Shown here one piece after another: positions 1 to 10,490 of a stretch of 32,059 nucleotides of DNA (positions are counted from its first letter, which is position 1; each line of letters begins with the position of its first letter). Origin of the DNA: Vicugna vicugna (taxonomy: Eukaryota); contig MU058844.1 of NCBI GenBank assembly GCA_013265495.1, forward strand, positions 1,866,941 to 1,898,999. Direction: 5' to 3'. The notes below the pieces were generated by a model, which worked only from the letters and a program-made list of their open reading frames with translations, was not told the origin of the DNA and ran no database searches. A program made the translations under genes and the position numbers.

Positions 1-350
1 CAGCATGAGAGAAGAGGAGAATCCAGCCAAGTCTGGAGGGTTACGGTTATAACTTCAACGAAGAAGTGACCTTGAGTAAAAATAAGAATAAGTCAGAGTG
101 AGGTAAAGTACAGGAAGAAAACATGGCAGACATGTTTTGAGACAGAGTGTGCTCAAAGTCTATGAAAAACAAAGAGTACAGTACACAAAGAGGACTGAGT
201 GTAGGGCATTATGGCTGGAATAAAAAGAGAAAAAGTGATACTGATGTGTGATGACAACTGGAAAAACAGAGAGATGAGACCCAACCCGACCTTGTGGGTC
301 ATAATGAGAACTTTATGCAGGTGGACTGCAATGCTTTAATGCAGTGGATC
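1..350 (-). mobile_element. L2 LINE fragment (3' region, antisense)
   Basis: Purine-rich stretch resembling the reverse complement of the L2 3' region (gaagtgaccttgag..., gtgtgctcaaagtctatg, tatggctggaata, ccttgtgggtcataatgagaacttt). Recognised by eye. Confidence 0.6.
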
Positions 351-429
351 ACAGTGTTTCAACTGCATCTTGTTTTCTTTGAAATGTGTAATTATATGCT
401 AACCAATTCAACTAGTAGTAATTACATTA

Positions 430-474
430 CTGTCATTATTGTTATTATTACCATTATTATTATTATTATTATTA
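430..474. repeat. Degenerate (ATT)n microsatellite
   Basis: cattattgttattattaccattattattattattattatt. Confidence 0.9.
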
Positions 475-1084
475 TAAATTTCTCTACAATCTGCCAGATT
501 GTCCATGCAGCTAATTCTGTTGTTTGTGGTTATCAGGACCATTTGTTCTATTGATTTTCATCTTGGGACATGGTGATTAATAGCATATGGTCTGGTTAAA
601 AAAAGTGCAACTTTGGCAAACATATACATTTTTAAAATATGATACTTTCCTTCATATCCAGAATATACAAAAATCTGTTGAAATGTAAATGTTCAACTTT
701 AAGTGTTAATACGATTTTCAAGTTTTGTGTGAAAAGTTAAAACTTAAATACATCTCAGATTTAAAAAGAAACATTTATAGCTCCCTTTTATGGTTACATT
801 TTGGCTCAAGAATCAGGACATTTCATCTGATTTCCCTGTGAATGCCTGGTATAAACACTTTCCCTATCTTTACCTTTCTCTTCTTTCCAGTGATCTCTTT
901 AACAGGAACAATTTTTGTAACTGTTATAGGCAACATCAATTACAGTATATTATCTAAGATTGGTCTTATTGAATGTTCTCTGGGCTTTGCAATGGACAAA
1001 CCTAGAATTTCCCAGTATTACTAAACACAGTTAATAGAAAAAAAATACTGTAAGAATACTTTAGAATAATTTAGAATAATATCA

Positions 1085-1315
1085 ATAAGTAATGTTTTAC
1101 AGCACATTTCCACTGAGAAAGAATCTTAAAATGTGTGATTTCATTTGAGTAGTTAACAACTCTGTGAGATATAGAAAGTGTCATCATTTTCATTTTATAG
1201 CCCAGGATACTGAAAGTCAGAGACAAAGTTCTTTGCCAAAGGACATCCAATAGTTGACTATGGTGAAATCTTTGTTTTCCGTTCCATTTCTCATTCTCCT
1301 TCTATTACTCCACTA
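1085..1315 (-). mobile_element. MIR SINE
   Basis: Antisense MIR core pattern: aacaactctgtgag...cattttatag...actgaaagtcagaga...ttgccaaaggacatccaatag. Confidence 0.7.
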
Positions 1316-1329
1316 CTCATCATACATGT

Positions 1330-2400
1330 GTAATCACATATTTGGCAAATTGGAGATGTTTTTCCCCAACTTTCTAGTATCAAAATCTGTGGCAGCAGAG
1401 AGAATCTGAGGAACCGAACTCATCATTCAAAGTAATACTTTTCCCCTTTGACATCTCTCCTTGTGTTTTTGATTATCTCCTCAATTTACGGATGTTCTGA
1501 GCCTCAATATCCTGATTTTTTTCAAAAGCTGAAATTGTATTATTTTTCTCAAGGTATCCTTTCTTCTTTGTTCCATCTTAGTGTTAATGATGGACCTATT
1601 CTTCCTGACACTGAAGATTTCAACCTCAGTGTGATTTTGAGATCCTTTCTTAATTCCCTTTGACATATAGAATGGATTAACCCAATCATCTTTTCTTACA
1701 GTGTTGCCTGATGCTGTCTTTCCCTCTTTCCTTTCTGAAGTGCCTATCTAGAGGTAGACATCCAGTGTGCATATAGTTATGTTCTCAGGAAAAGATGCAA
1801 CCAACCCTTCCTCTCTCATTACTGTAATCTCCAAACAAGCTGATTGTTAAGAGTTTCTCTTGTAATGGCCATACTTTCACATCTCATTGAAAAGGTTGGG
1901 ATGAATTAATTGAAACATTTAACCAATTACATTCATGCTCAGAATATCACGATAAAATGAGAAATTGTATGTAAGGGGATTTTCTGGTTACTTGAAGTAT
2001 ATTTTTACAGCAACATTTTTGTTTTAACTATTTGTAACCCAAATATTCCAGGACAGTGAGATACTTGAGTCTGACAGGCTCCTTTATCCCCCTCTGCTGA
2101 TGTTCCCACCTTAACTTCTGTAGTTTTTGACAATTATTTCTTGGTATCTCCAGAGGCATTTAACATAGTTTTCACAAGCATTCTCCCTTGAACTCTATTG
2201 CAAAGTCCCATTTCTCCTGCCCCTGGGGCTGCTTCTTCACCAAATGTATGTTCTCTAACCCTGCTCCACTGGGCTCCAACATTTTTGCTAGATGGCAACA
2301 CTGCTGTGCCATGGCCCCTACAGCACAAATTGGGCGTTGCCTTCTCCTCTCTTGTTAGCCCCAGGCCCTGCTGGGTACTGCCACTCTATTAGGTTGGGGG
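1330..2400 (-). mobile_element. Very old L1 ORF1 / HAL1-like remnant
   Basis: Minus strand resembles the L1 ORF1 C-terminal block (tcagattctctctgctgccacagattttgatactagaaagttgggg, compare the SDFS...ARRQW region), with an A-rich coding-like strand and a more GC-rich 5' part near 2200-2400. Confidence 0.5.
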
Positions 2401-2759
2401 TCCCATTGGTATTCCATGCTGCTTTAGAATACTAAAATCTTTACTGCTACTCTTCCAGGAGCTCATTGATAGATGCCTGAGTACTCATTGTGCCAAAGCC
2501 CCAGGGTATCCTACGACAGAGTGGGCAACCCTAAAACAATGATGGTTGGGTTGAGATTTGTGTTATGGTTTAGTTGAAATAACTTCCTCAAGTTTTATTT
2601 GTTTTATTTTGTTGCTTTTTAGTTCCAGGGCATTGATTTAATCATTTCCATCACTGCTCTGCAAAGTCCCTCTCAAATTTTTTCCTTTCTATATGTTCGC
2701 CCTCATCTCTATTTCCTCTTCTCTTTATACTCAATCATTCTAATGTGTTTAGGGCGTAT

Positions 2760-3235
2760 CTTTTTCATTGGATAACTATACTTTTGAACTACATATTGGT
2801 ATTTTGAACAAGTGTCATATTAAGCCATCCATATATTACAACTATTTCTTTTTTTTTTTCTTGTCACTATGCTTTCAAGTTTGCTATAGGTACATCTAGT
2901 CTGTTGTTTCTGACTGTTGCATGGTACCTCAGCATGTGTACCCACAGCATTCTGCATATCCACTGCCAGTTACAGACACCCAGATTGTAGCTAACTCATC
3001 ACCATCTCGAGTAATGTTTCAATTTACAGGAGGGATTGTATCCCACTGTGATCCTGTGTGAGGATTTGTTGGAGCCTCATACCTAGAAGAAGAACTGCTG
3101 GACAATAGAGTATGCACACACTTAAGTATATGTTTCCACGTTGTCCTCCAGGAAACAGTACCAGTCTACATTCTCACCACTATATGAGGATTTCTGTCTA
3201 TATCCACACTACACTAACACTTGGAATTATCTGGC
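2760..3235 (-). mobile_element. Old L1 (L1ME-like) ORF2 end / 3' UTR fragment
   Basis: atacctagaagaagaactgctgg, gtaccagtctacattctcaccac and acacttggaattatc are degenerate antisense L1 ORF2 3' motifs. Confidence 0.65.
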
Positions 3236-3530
3236 AAGGTACAGATGTTCACCAATATTTCTGATTTTATTCTTTCTGGACATAAGGTAGTGTACTTTCA
3301 TACCCCTTGAAGTTAGATGTGGCTATGTGACTTGCTTCGAGCAATGCAATATGTACAGAAGTGACATGAGAATTGTTGCCTGAGTTGCCATGTGAGGCAT
3401 ATTATTGGGTCAGGTTGTTGTACTTGGCTACATCTTTCTTTGTTTAAAGCTCCTTTACGTGAAATCTCTTTCAAAGGGTGGACACTGTGGGATCCCTCTA
3501 GCATTCCCCAGATATGATCAATATCCTTGA
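3236..3530 (+). mobile_element. ERVL-MaLR LTR fragment (MLT1H/J-like)
   Basis: ccccttgaagttagatgtggctatgtgacttgcttcgagcaatgcaatatgtacagaagtgacatg matches the characteristic MLT1 motif. Orientation and right boundary are approximate. Confidence 0.6.
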
Positions 3531-3859
3531 GCAACTAACATTAGACAGACCTGGCTCAAGAAGAGAGGCCTGTTAGAGATGTCTTCTACATGCCCACATT
3601 TTTCTGCCTTTTCAGGTAGAGTTTATTGAGTATTTTCTTGATATGGCCAAGTCCAAGGTTTAAAATGTCAAATACTGCAAAATATTGTATTAGAAAGATG
3701 TGCTCAGGAACTCCTGACACGTACAGCGCAGTATTACATTAAGCTAAAAAGCCCAGAGAAATGATGCTATTTGGGATCTTGCGTCTACTTTTCCATAATT
3801 TTCTCTTCTCTTTCATCCTATTGTTCTTCAGGTACTCTGCATCCTGTTAACGTCCTTGC

Positions 3860-3985
3860 TCCTTCAGATCCTCTCAATTTCTCCATGAAAGCAGGAGCAA
3901 TGGCATTTTTTTTTAATCACCTCTGCATATTCAGTGCATGCCTTTCTTATAATATATGCTTAATTAATCTTTCTGTATTTGTTGT
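3860..3985 (+). mobile_element. L2 3' terminus
   Basis: ctccatgaaagcaggagcaatg...tcacctctgcatattcagtgc resembles the L2 tail. Confidence 0.55.
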
Positions 3986-4166
3986 TTTGAATTTGGTATG
4001 ATTGCAAAACATGAGAATTAGGATTATTTTAATGGCCTGAAACAACTGTAAATATTTCTTGAGGGAGGGACTGAGGGGATATGGATAAAGTGGATAAAGT
4101 GGAGAAGCTTTAGTGTCAGTATTTAATGAGCTCATTTTGGTTCATCAAAAATCATTTGTGCCACTG

Positions 4167-4455
4167 TTTTTTTACTGAGGTATAACTGACATATAACATT
4201 ATATTTGTTTCAGGTGTAAAATATAATGATTCAATATTTGTATATGTTGCAAAAGTGATCACCACAATAAGTCTAATTAACATTAATCACCATATGTGGT
4301 TACAATTTTTTTGCTTGTGATGAGAACTTTTAGGATCCACTCTCTTAAGAACTTCCACGAATGCAATACACTATTATAAACTGCAGTCACCATTCTGTAC
4401 CTAACATCCCCAGGACTTATTTTATAGCTGGAAGTTTGTACCTTTTGACTCCAGC
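4167..4455 (-). mobile_element. L1 3' UTR fragment (L1MA-like)
   Basis: ttttttactgaggtataactgacatataacatt...gatgagaacttttaggatccactctctta...ctggaagtttgtaccttttgac. Confidence 0.85.
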
Positions 4456-5459
4456 TTTTTAAATTACTGATTCTCAATTATGTTCTAATTAGTTGAGGTT
4501 ACACAGCAAATGTTCTTTGAAATAACTGAAATTGTTATTACTATTATTATTTTTAATGTTTGGTAAGTCCAAAGACCAAAACCTTTGAGGTATTTGGGAT
4601 ACAAAAACTTTCAGGGAGGACATCAGAGTGTTTTTTTTTAAATCAATCTGTGTTCTCTCATTTATAATTTCCGATATCTACATTAGATCATCTTTTAGTC
4701 CTTACTTCCTCAGATATGCACTATTGATTCTGTATTTCTATGTTAGAAGCTTTTAATTTTTTTATTTAAAGCTTAAAAGTTTAAATGTTTACAGATAGAT
4801 GTTTAAAAATATTCAGATGCCTGACTTTCAGTTTTATAGATAATATATTCAAATGTGTTGGTATACAGGGTATAGTTTGGGGGGAAAAAGCAAATCTTAT
4901 TTTAGAAAAACAATGTTTTTACATAGCACACAGCTGAATACATTTTAATGTATAAACAAAACAAAATTTAAGATAATACTTGTTACCCATTTGGCAACTA
5001 CTACTAATTCCATATTCTTAAGAGTTATGAAACATCATTTCAACGGTGGTCCTTTTCAAAGTGTCACTGGTGTATTTCTACCTGAAACACTTTTTAATAA
5101 TTTCAGATCAGGCAACAAGGAACCAGCTAAAGGCTCAAAGGTGCTACATGAAGACAATTAACATTCTGTTTTACTTTTAAAGGTGCATCTTATCTTGTTT
5201 AACCACATGTGAAGTGGTGCTAAGTGGCAGACTGACGTAGGGGGGGTTATTAGTCAAGGGCAGCTTACTGAGCCTCAGTTCTGACAACAGAGTGTGGGTC
5301 AGTTATGCACCTTCCTGAGCCCAAAGAATGGGGACGATTTAGTCCCCAGGTGCCAGTGGCAGCCAAAAAGGTCTGCAGTATGGCTCTTAATTGACAAGAG
5401 GGCTATATGAGCACACAATAGTGGCCTGCTCTGACCTGTAAGGGGAAAACAAGGATTCA

Positions 5460-5570
5460 CTCTGGGGTTAGGAAGTTAACAAAGGCCAAAGAACTGGTTA
5501 GAGATGAGCCAAGACTAGAACTCCTTTTTTTGCATCCCACTCAGACTTTCTCAGACAGCGCACTGCCGCT
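5460..5570 (-). mobile_element. MIR fragment
   Basis: aaggccaaagaactggttagagatgagccaagactagaact resembles antisense MIR. Confidence 0.5.
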
Positions 5571-5615
5571 GGGTTACATCTTACGTAACTTTTCTTTTTG
5601 GCTTTATGGAATATT

Positions 5616-6470
5616 TTACATTTGCACCTTCTTCATACTCTTTGCAATACAGCTTTTTCCTGACCTATATTCATTTAAATATGTCACACTGAGAGAAAAA
5701 GAGGCCTCATTTGTATGAAATTCTTTAAGAGGTACTATGTAACTATCCACACTAATGTTGACTCTAGAAATTTCCATTGTTCCATCCAGTCTGGTATATA
5801 TTTTAATAATACCAGAGGTGTTTGTCAGCTGTTATACATGTATAATAATGACCCAAGGTGTTTGTCATCTTAGGGCCTTATGCAGGCAATAAAAACATTC
5901 ATTAAGAAAAATGAGCTCATACACTATAATGAGGAATATATGTATTTTCCAGTATGGAATGCTCTAAAATACAAGCCTGGTTTTCTGAGACCATTCTCCA
6001 TTTCCTCTTCAACAAGCAGAGGAGCGTAAAGTGACTCGACTGGCTACGGATATTTTCATTTAAGTTGGGAGAATATTCCTGTAAATAAAGCTTACTTTGT
6101 CCCAACTTACATCTTTCTTGGGATGTCTACTTGTTGATTCCAGGTATCTCTTAATAGGCCTTTTTTCTTTATGACTAGTCTCAAAATACCTACTTTAAGT
6201 GCAAGAAGTTGTATGTTTTGTTGTCTGCTGGAAGCTTTGCTGCTTTCCAATATATTCTGCAAAATGTTGCAAAGAGTGTGAAGCTTCAGAGTTCTGTTTC
6301 TCTGAGATTTCTGTGTCTGTTTCCATTGCTGGCTGCATTCTCTTTTAGGTTTATTACTTCTGACGAGAAAGCTATTTTAAATCTAATTTGCCTGGAAGAG
6401 TCTCCTCCAAAAATGAATCTCCCCATTGTGCAAAATATAGCCATTGTTGTATCTCCTTGGTATCCCTATA
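5616..6470 (-). pseudogene. USPL1-like relic: C-terminal half of the large last exon
   Basis: Window vs recalled USPL1, across frameshifts: QWLYFAQWGDSFL (6408-6446) vs SWVKGLISRGASFM; LHTLCNILQNILES vs IHKLRLKLRKKLKA; GLLRDTWNQQVDI vs DLLNELPYPIDI; YSPNLNENI vs YSSQTHEEI; LYAPLLVEEEMENG..FRAFHTG (ENG 5990-5998) vs LLSPTPVSTELSENG..FRYLGMG; LEST (5759-5767) vs LESP; EFHTNEASFSL..LNEY vs EFFSSSALNAL..FDEY. Confidence 0.75.
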
Positions 6471-6814
6471 GCAGCAGTAGCTCAGAAGTAGCTCTGAGGA
6501 GCTGATGGTTTAATCATTTCTTGCCCAATATCATATGAGTTACACTAATATAATTGTTTTCCTATCAGATGGCCTCGTAACATAATCCAAGTGCTTTCAG
6601 TAGCTGCTTTGAAGGCAGTGTCTATACAACATCACACATTTGATTAAAGAGTTGGAAAATTATTATAAAACAAAAATTGTCATTTTTATATTTTGGAATT
6701 ATTTATGAATTTATATACCTTCCTAAATAATTCGAAGTTATATATAAAATCTACATGTTGGTGATTAATTTAAGATGATTGGATTTAGTGAGCATAATAT
6801 GGCCAAAAGGGGTC

Positions 6815-6938
6815 AATTGAACAATCATTTTTCAAGTGTGTACTATGTGCAAGGAATCCTTGGAGTTATAGTGATGAGCAAACCCGGTTCTTTCTGCTAA
6901 AGAATCTAAAACTAGAAAAGATAAAAAGTTATGTATGA

Positions 6939-6986
<48 letters not shown>

Positions 6987-7200
6987 AGAAAGAAAGGAAG
7001 AAAGGTCCCAGCTATGGTCTAGTCCCGGCTTACTGCTGCATTTTGGACTTCGTTGGATAGGTAGAATGAATCAACAGAACCTATTTTGCATCACTTGACT
7101 TGAGAGGTTGGGATTGAAGGGGCAGGAAGGAGCCAACGTAGGCTCTCACACTATATGAGTGGAGATGAAGGAGGATGAGCTGGGAGAAGCAGCTTGGACT
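6815..7200 (-). mobile_element. L2 fragment(s), interrupted by (GAAA)n
   Basis: aacaatcatttttcaagtgtgtactatgtgcaagg...gttatagtgatgagcaaa is an antisense L2 tail. 7090-7200 resembles further L2 sequence. Confidence 0.6.
6937..7005. repeat. (GAAA)n tetranucleotide microsatellite
   Basis: About 12 perfect GAAA units followed by degenerate units. Confidence 0.97.
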
Positions 7201-7234
7201 CTGTTTCAAAGACTGGTCCCATAGACTTTGACAA

Positions 7235-7412
7235 AAAATTTCGTAAGTGGCCGTTTTACTTTATTAAGACTACTATATTCAAATGATTTCATACGTTTTC
7301 CACTAAATCCTCTCAATACAGGGAAGTCTTTCTGGTTTTGGTTCTTCTACAGTTGTTGTGAAATCAGGTAAAAAAATGAAATAATTTGCCTGACACATGA
7401 ACATACTAGATT
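7235..7412 (-). mobile_element. Degenerate MIR
   Basis: Minus strand reads ggcaaattatttcat...cctgatttcacaacaactgtagaag...gagaggatttagtggaaaacgtatgaaatcatttga, the MIR core layout. Confidence 0.55.
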
Positions 7413-7449
7413 TAAAAGATAAACAGACCACTTATAACTAAAGCACAAG

Positions 7450-7568
7450 ATAAATTTAAAGATATCTCTGTTTAATATTGTTCAAAAAGAATCAGAAACA
7501 TACATTTCTTGTGAATCTTCTTTCATTACTACTAAAAGGTAATCACTTCAGCCATATGGAGACAGGAA
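7450..7568 (-). pseudogene. USPL1-like relic: start of last exon (WLECDDL region)
   Basis: Acceptor ctcttcctttcctgcttatAG| at 7569/7568, then tgg ctg aa gt gat tac ctt ... cacaagaaa. With a frameshift this reads WL(x)DYL.....E......V..S vs WLECDDL.....E......V..S, and HKK is present in an adjacent frame. Confidence 0.6.
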
Positions 7569-7686
7569 CTATAAGCAGGAAAGGAAGAGCTGTATTTTAT
7601 GAGGGAGTCTATGAGATGTGTGTTCACAAGCCACCTACTTTCATGCCAATGTGGAAGAGTGTGATGCAGGGGAACAGGGACATTAC

Positions 7687-8026
7687 CTTGTTTCTGTTCG
7701 GGCTAGGACTGCTTTGGGAAAACAAAGTGCTGTTTTGGCATGTGAATGATTTACAGATTTGAAGGAGTCAACAATGGATCCAAAACAGAATATGGTCAGT
7801 GTCTTGTAACACCAGAGACAATCTGTGAGTTTAAGTGAGAACCTTCTGGAACTTCTCAGACAGAACTAAGGAAAACTGAAGGGATCACAATAGTCTGCTA
7901 GTGAGCAGAAGTGGGTGACATGATTATTATTGCTACTGGTGTGGTCCCTTTCAACGCACAGACTTGTGAAGCCTTGTAAGAACCGTGAACATGTGAAAAT
8001 TAGGTAAATCGATCAGTAACTTTTAT
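7687..8026 (-). pseudogene. USPL1-like relic: catalytic-His region
   Basis: Candidate acceptor at 8027/8026. KLLIDLPN..KGP..LVLSEK..IVSGV..QI..IIHMPKQHFV (HFV 7721-7729) vs KSLVTFTN..FGP..MVLEK..FVEGL..QI..VIQYRANNHFI. Donor AAG|GTAATG at 7687/7686. Confidence 0.55.
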
Positions 8027-8064
8027 CTGTTATGTCACAGTGCCAAGAGAAGAAAGTGAGCATT

Positions 8065-8275
8065 AGAGTTCTGGCTTTCCATCTGAATTTGAGCACCTAT
8101 AAGCTGTAGGTCTCTGGGAAACTCATTTAATTTACCTGGGCTTCAGAGTATCTCCCATAAAGATGAGATTAAAATGCCAAATAAACAGATTTTCATGATG
8201 AATAAATAACATATAGAAAAATACTTTGCATACTGCCTTACTCATAGAGATTCTAGACAAATTTAGTTGCCATTT
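8065..8275 (+). mobile_element. MIR SINE
   Basis: taagctgtaggtctctgggaaactcatttaatttacctgggcttcag...ccataaagatgagatt is the MIR core. Confidence 0.7.
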
Positions 8276-8514
8276 TGTTCCCTTTCTGTTCTACATTGGA
8301 TAGCTGTTTTAAATGATATTTTTTATATGACTGTTACTAGAAATTTTTCTTACCAACATTTATACATGTGTTGTTTATTTTCTGCTATCATCAAAATGAA
8401 TTTGATACAACTTACGTTATTATAAAAACAGGAGACACAATTACTAAAAAAATTAAACAAGATTGTTTAATAATCATTATATAGCTCACTTAAATTTCTT
8501 CCTCTTCTCCAAAC

Positions 8515-8752
8515 CTTCAAGACAAGACAAGCCAAAATGCTAATCTTTATACAGACTGCAAAGTCCCAGACCTAGATGTTTCCTTTTCCTCCTTGTCCTC
8601 CTTTTAATTCAGTCTTTAGGAACCACCAGCAGTATCATCCTACTCAACCTTGATTGTTCAGGTGCCTTAGCTTCTCTTCCCCCCATCTCCCCCGACAAGT
8701 ATTCTGGACAGTAGCTGTGGCTAAACATGGATGGGGCTATTTACTGTCTCCC
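8515..8752 (-). pseudogene. USPL1-like relic exon (GDMESP...WDF region)
   Basis: Acceptor ggtgtttcAG| then phase-1 GETVNSPIHV*PQLL vs GDMESPVFAFPLLL. WDF at 8560-8568 vs SWDFEC, with extra sequence between. Weak donor AAG|GTTTGG at 8515/8514. Confidence 0.6.
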
Positions 8753-9029
8753 CTGAAACACCAGTACAGTTTCTTTCTTTATATGTTGTTGTTCATTACC
8801 TATTTGTAGGCTGTACTAAATGGAAATATAATACAGAATTATTCTCTAAGAACTAAGGGGAAAAACAGAATTAAATAATTTAGCTCTTCATTAAATAAAG
8901 TGCAGTAAAGTCATTTAGAAAGACTATATTTATTACAATTTCTAGGATAAATATACCTCATAGATCAAATACAAAGTTTTTTTACATGATATTAACCAAT
9001 AACTGAAAAGAGCTCTCCAAAGATTAAAA

Positions 9030-10172
9030 AAATCTGTTAAAAATAGATATCCATAAGCAAAAAAAAAAAAAAAAAGAATCTAGACACTGACATTCTGACA
9101 TTACACTCTTCACAAAAGTTAACTTAAGATGAATCACAGACCTAAATGCAAAACACAACACTATAAAACTCGTAGAAGATAACATAGGAGAAAAGCTACC
9201 ACCATGCTTATGGTGGTAATCTGTTAGATATGACATCAAAGACACGGTCCATGAAAGAAATAAAAAGAGGTAATTGATAAGCTAGGCTTCATTAAAATGA
9301 ACACTTCTGCTCTCTAAAAGACAGTGTCAAGAGAATGAGAAGACAAACCACAGACTGAGAGAAAATAATTACAAAAGACACACTGGATACAATACTATTA
9401 TCCAAAATATATTATGAACTCCTGAAACTCAGCTGTAAGAAGACAAACAACTTGATTGAAAAATAGGCCAACGATCTTAATAAACATCACATCAAAGAAG
9501 ATATACATATGACAAATACACATAAAGAAAGATGTCCCACATCATAAGTCATCAGGGAAATGCAAATCAAAACAATGAGGTACTACTGCACAGCTATTAG
9601 AATGGTCAAAACCCAGAACACTGATAACACAAATGGTGGTAAGGCTCTAGAGCAATAGGAACTCTCATTCATTGCTTGTGGAAATGCAAAATGGTACAGC
9701 CACTTTGGAAGACAGTTTGGTGGTTTCTTACAAAACTAAGTACACTCTTACCATTTGATCAAAAAGTAGTACTTCTTGATATTTACCCAAAGGAGCTGAA
9801 AACTTATATTCACAGAAAAAACCTGCACATGGATGTTTATAGAAGCTTTATTCATAATTGCCAAAATTTGGAAGCCACCAAGATGTCCTCCAGTAGTCAA
9901 ATGGATATATCAACTGGTATATCCAGATAATGGGATATTATTCAGCACTGAAAAGAAATGATCTATCAAGCCATAAAAGGATACGGAGGAACTTTAAATG
10001 CATATTACTAACTGCAAGAAGCCAGTTTGAAAAGGTTACATATTATAACAAACGTATCACTCTTGTGGGGGATTTTGAAAATGGAGGAGGCTGGGCATGT
10101 GTAAGGGGAGCGGGTACATGGGAAATCTCTGTACTTTACTCTCAATTTTATTATGAACCTAAAACAACTCAT
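9030..10172 (+). mobile_element. L1 (L1MC-like) 3' ORF2 plus 3' UTR, degenerate
   Basis: ORF-track peptides [16 protein letters not shown] and MGYYSALKRN are L1 ORF2 C-terminal motifs. The end gggaaatctctgtactttactctcaattttattatgaacctaaaacaactc is an L1MC-type terminus. Confidence 0.9.
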
Positions 10173-10173
10173 A

Positions 10174-10192
10174 CACACACACACACACACAC
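10174..10192. repeat. (CA)n microsatellite at the L1 tail
   Basis: acacacacacacacacacac. Confidence 0.9.
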
Positions 10193-10199
10193 GTATATG

Positions 10200-10490
10200 T
10201 TTTGGTAAAGCTACTATCAACAACAGGAATCTTTGTTAAGATAAATTTTTCTTTTATTACACATAATCCAATTTTAACTTCAGGAAGATGAATGACATTA
10301 TTCAGCAATGTTGTATCCTGATTATATTTCTTAACATAGCTCAAAGCTTGGAGAATTTGTAAGAGTGGCTGGTTAGCTTGTCTCTTTAAATTATCCCATA
10401 TTCAAGTAAATTTTGACAAGACCTGGTTATTTGCAGTCAGTTTGTGGTGTAACTCTCTGACAAGTGCCCAAAGCACAGATATCTGTGTTG
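10200..10490 (-). pseudogene. USPL1-like relic: catalytic-Cys region
   Basis: YLCFGHLSESYTTN*L..VLSKFT*IWDNLK..SPSFELC/KKYNQDTTLL (10303-10329)..LPEVKIGL vs ALCVQWKNAYALCWLDCILSALVHSEELK..SIFWRLLTKYNQANTLL..FAEIETCL. Confidence 0.65.

Noticed and set aside
5205..5455. GC-richer segment as an ancient LTR or regulatory element
   Set aside because: I could not match a family or define termini.
5804..5867. Direct repeat taataat...aggtgtttgtca x2 as a separate element
   Set aside because: It is best explained as a local ~40-bp duplication during decay of the pseudogene.
6209..6505. 98-aa plus-strand ORF
   Set aside because: It has a non-ATG start and no homology, and is the antisense shadow of the USPL1-like relic.
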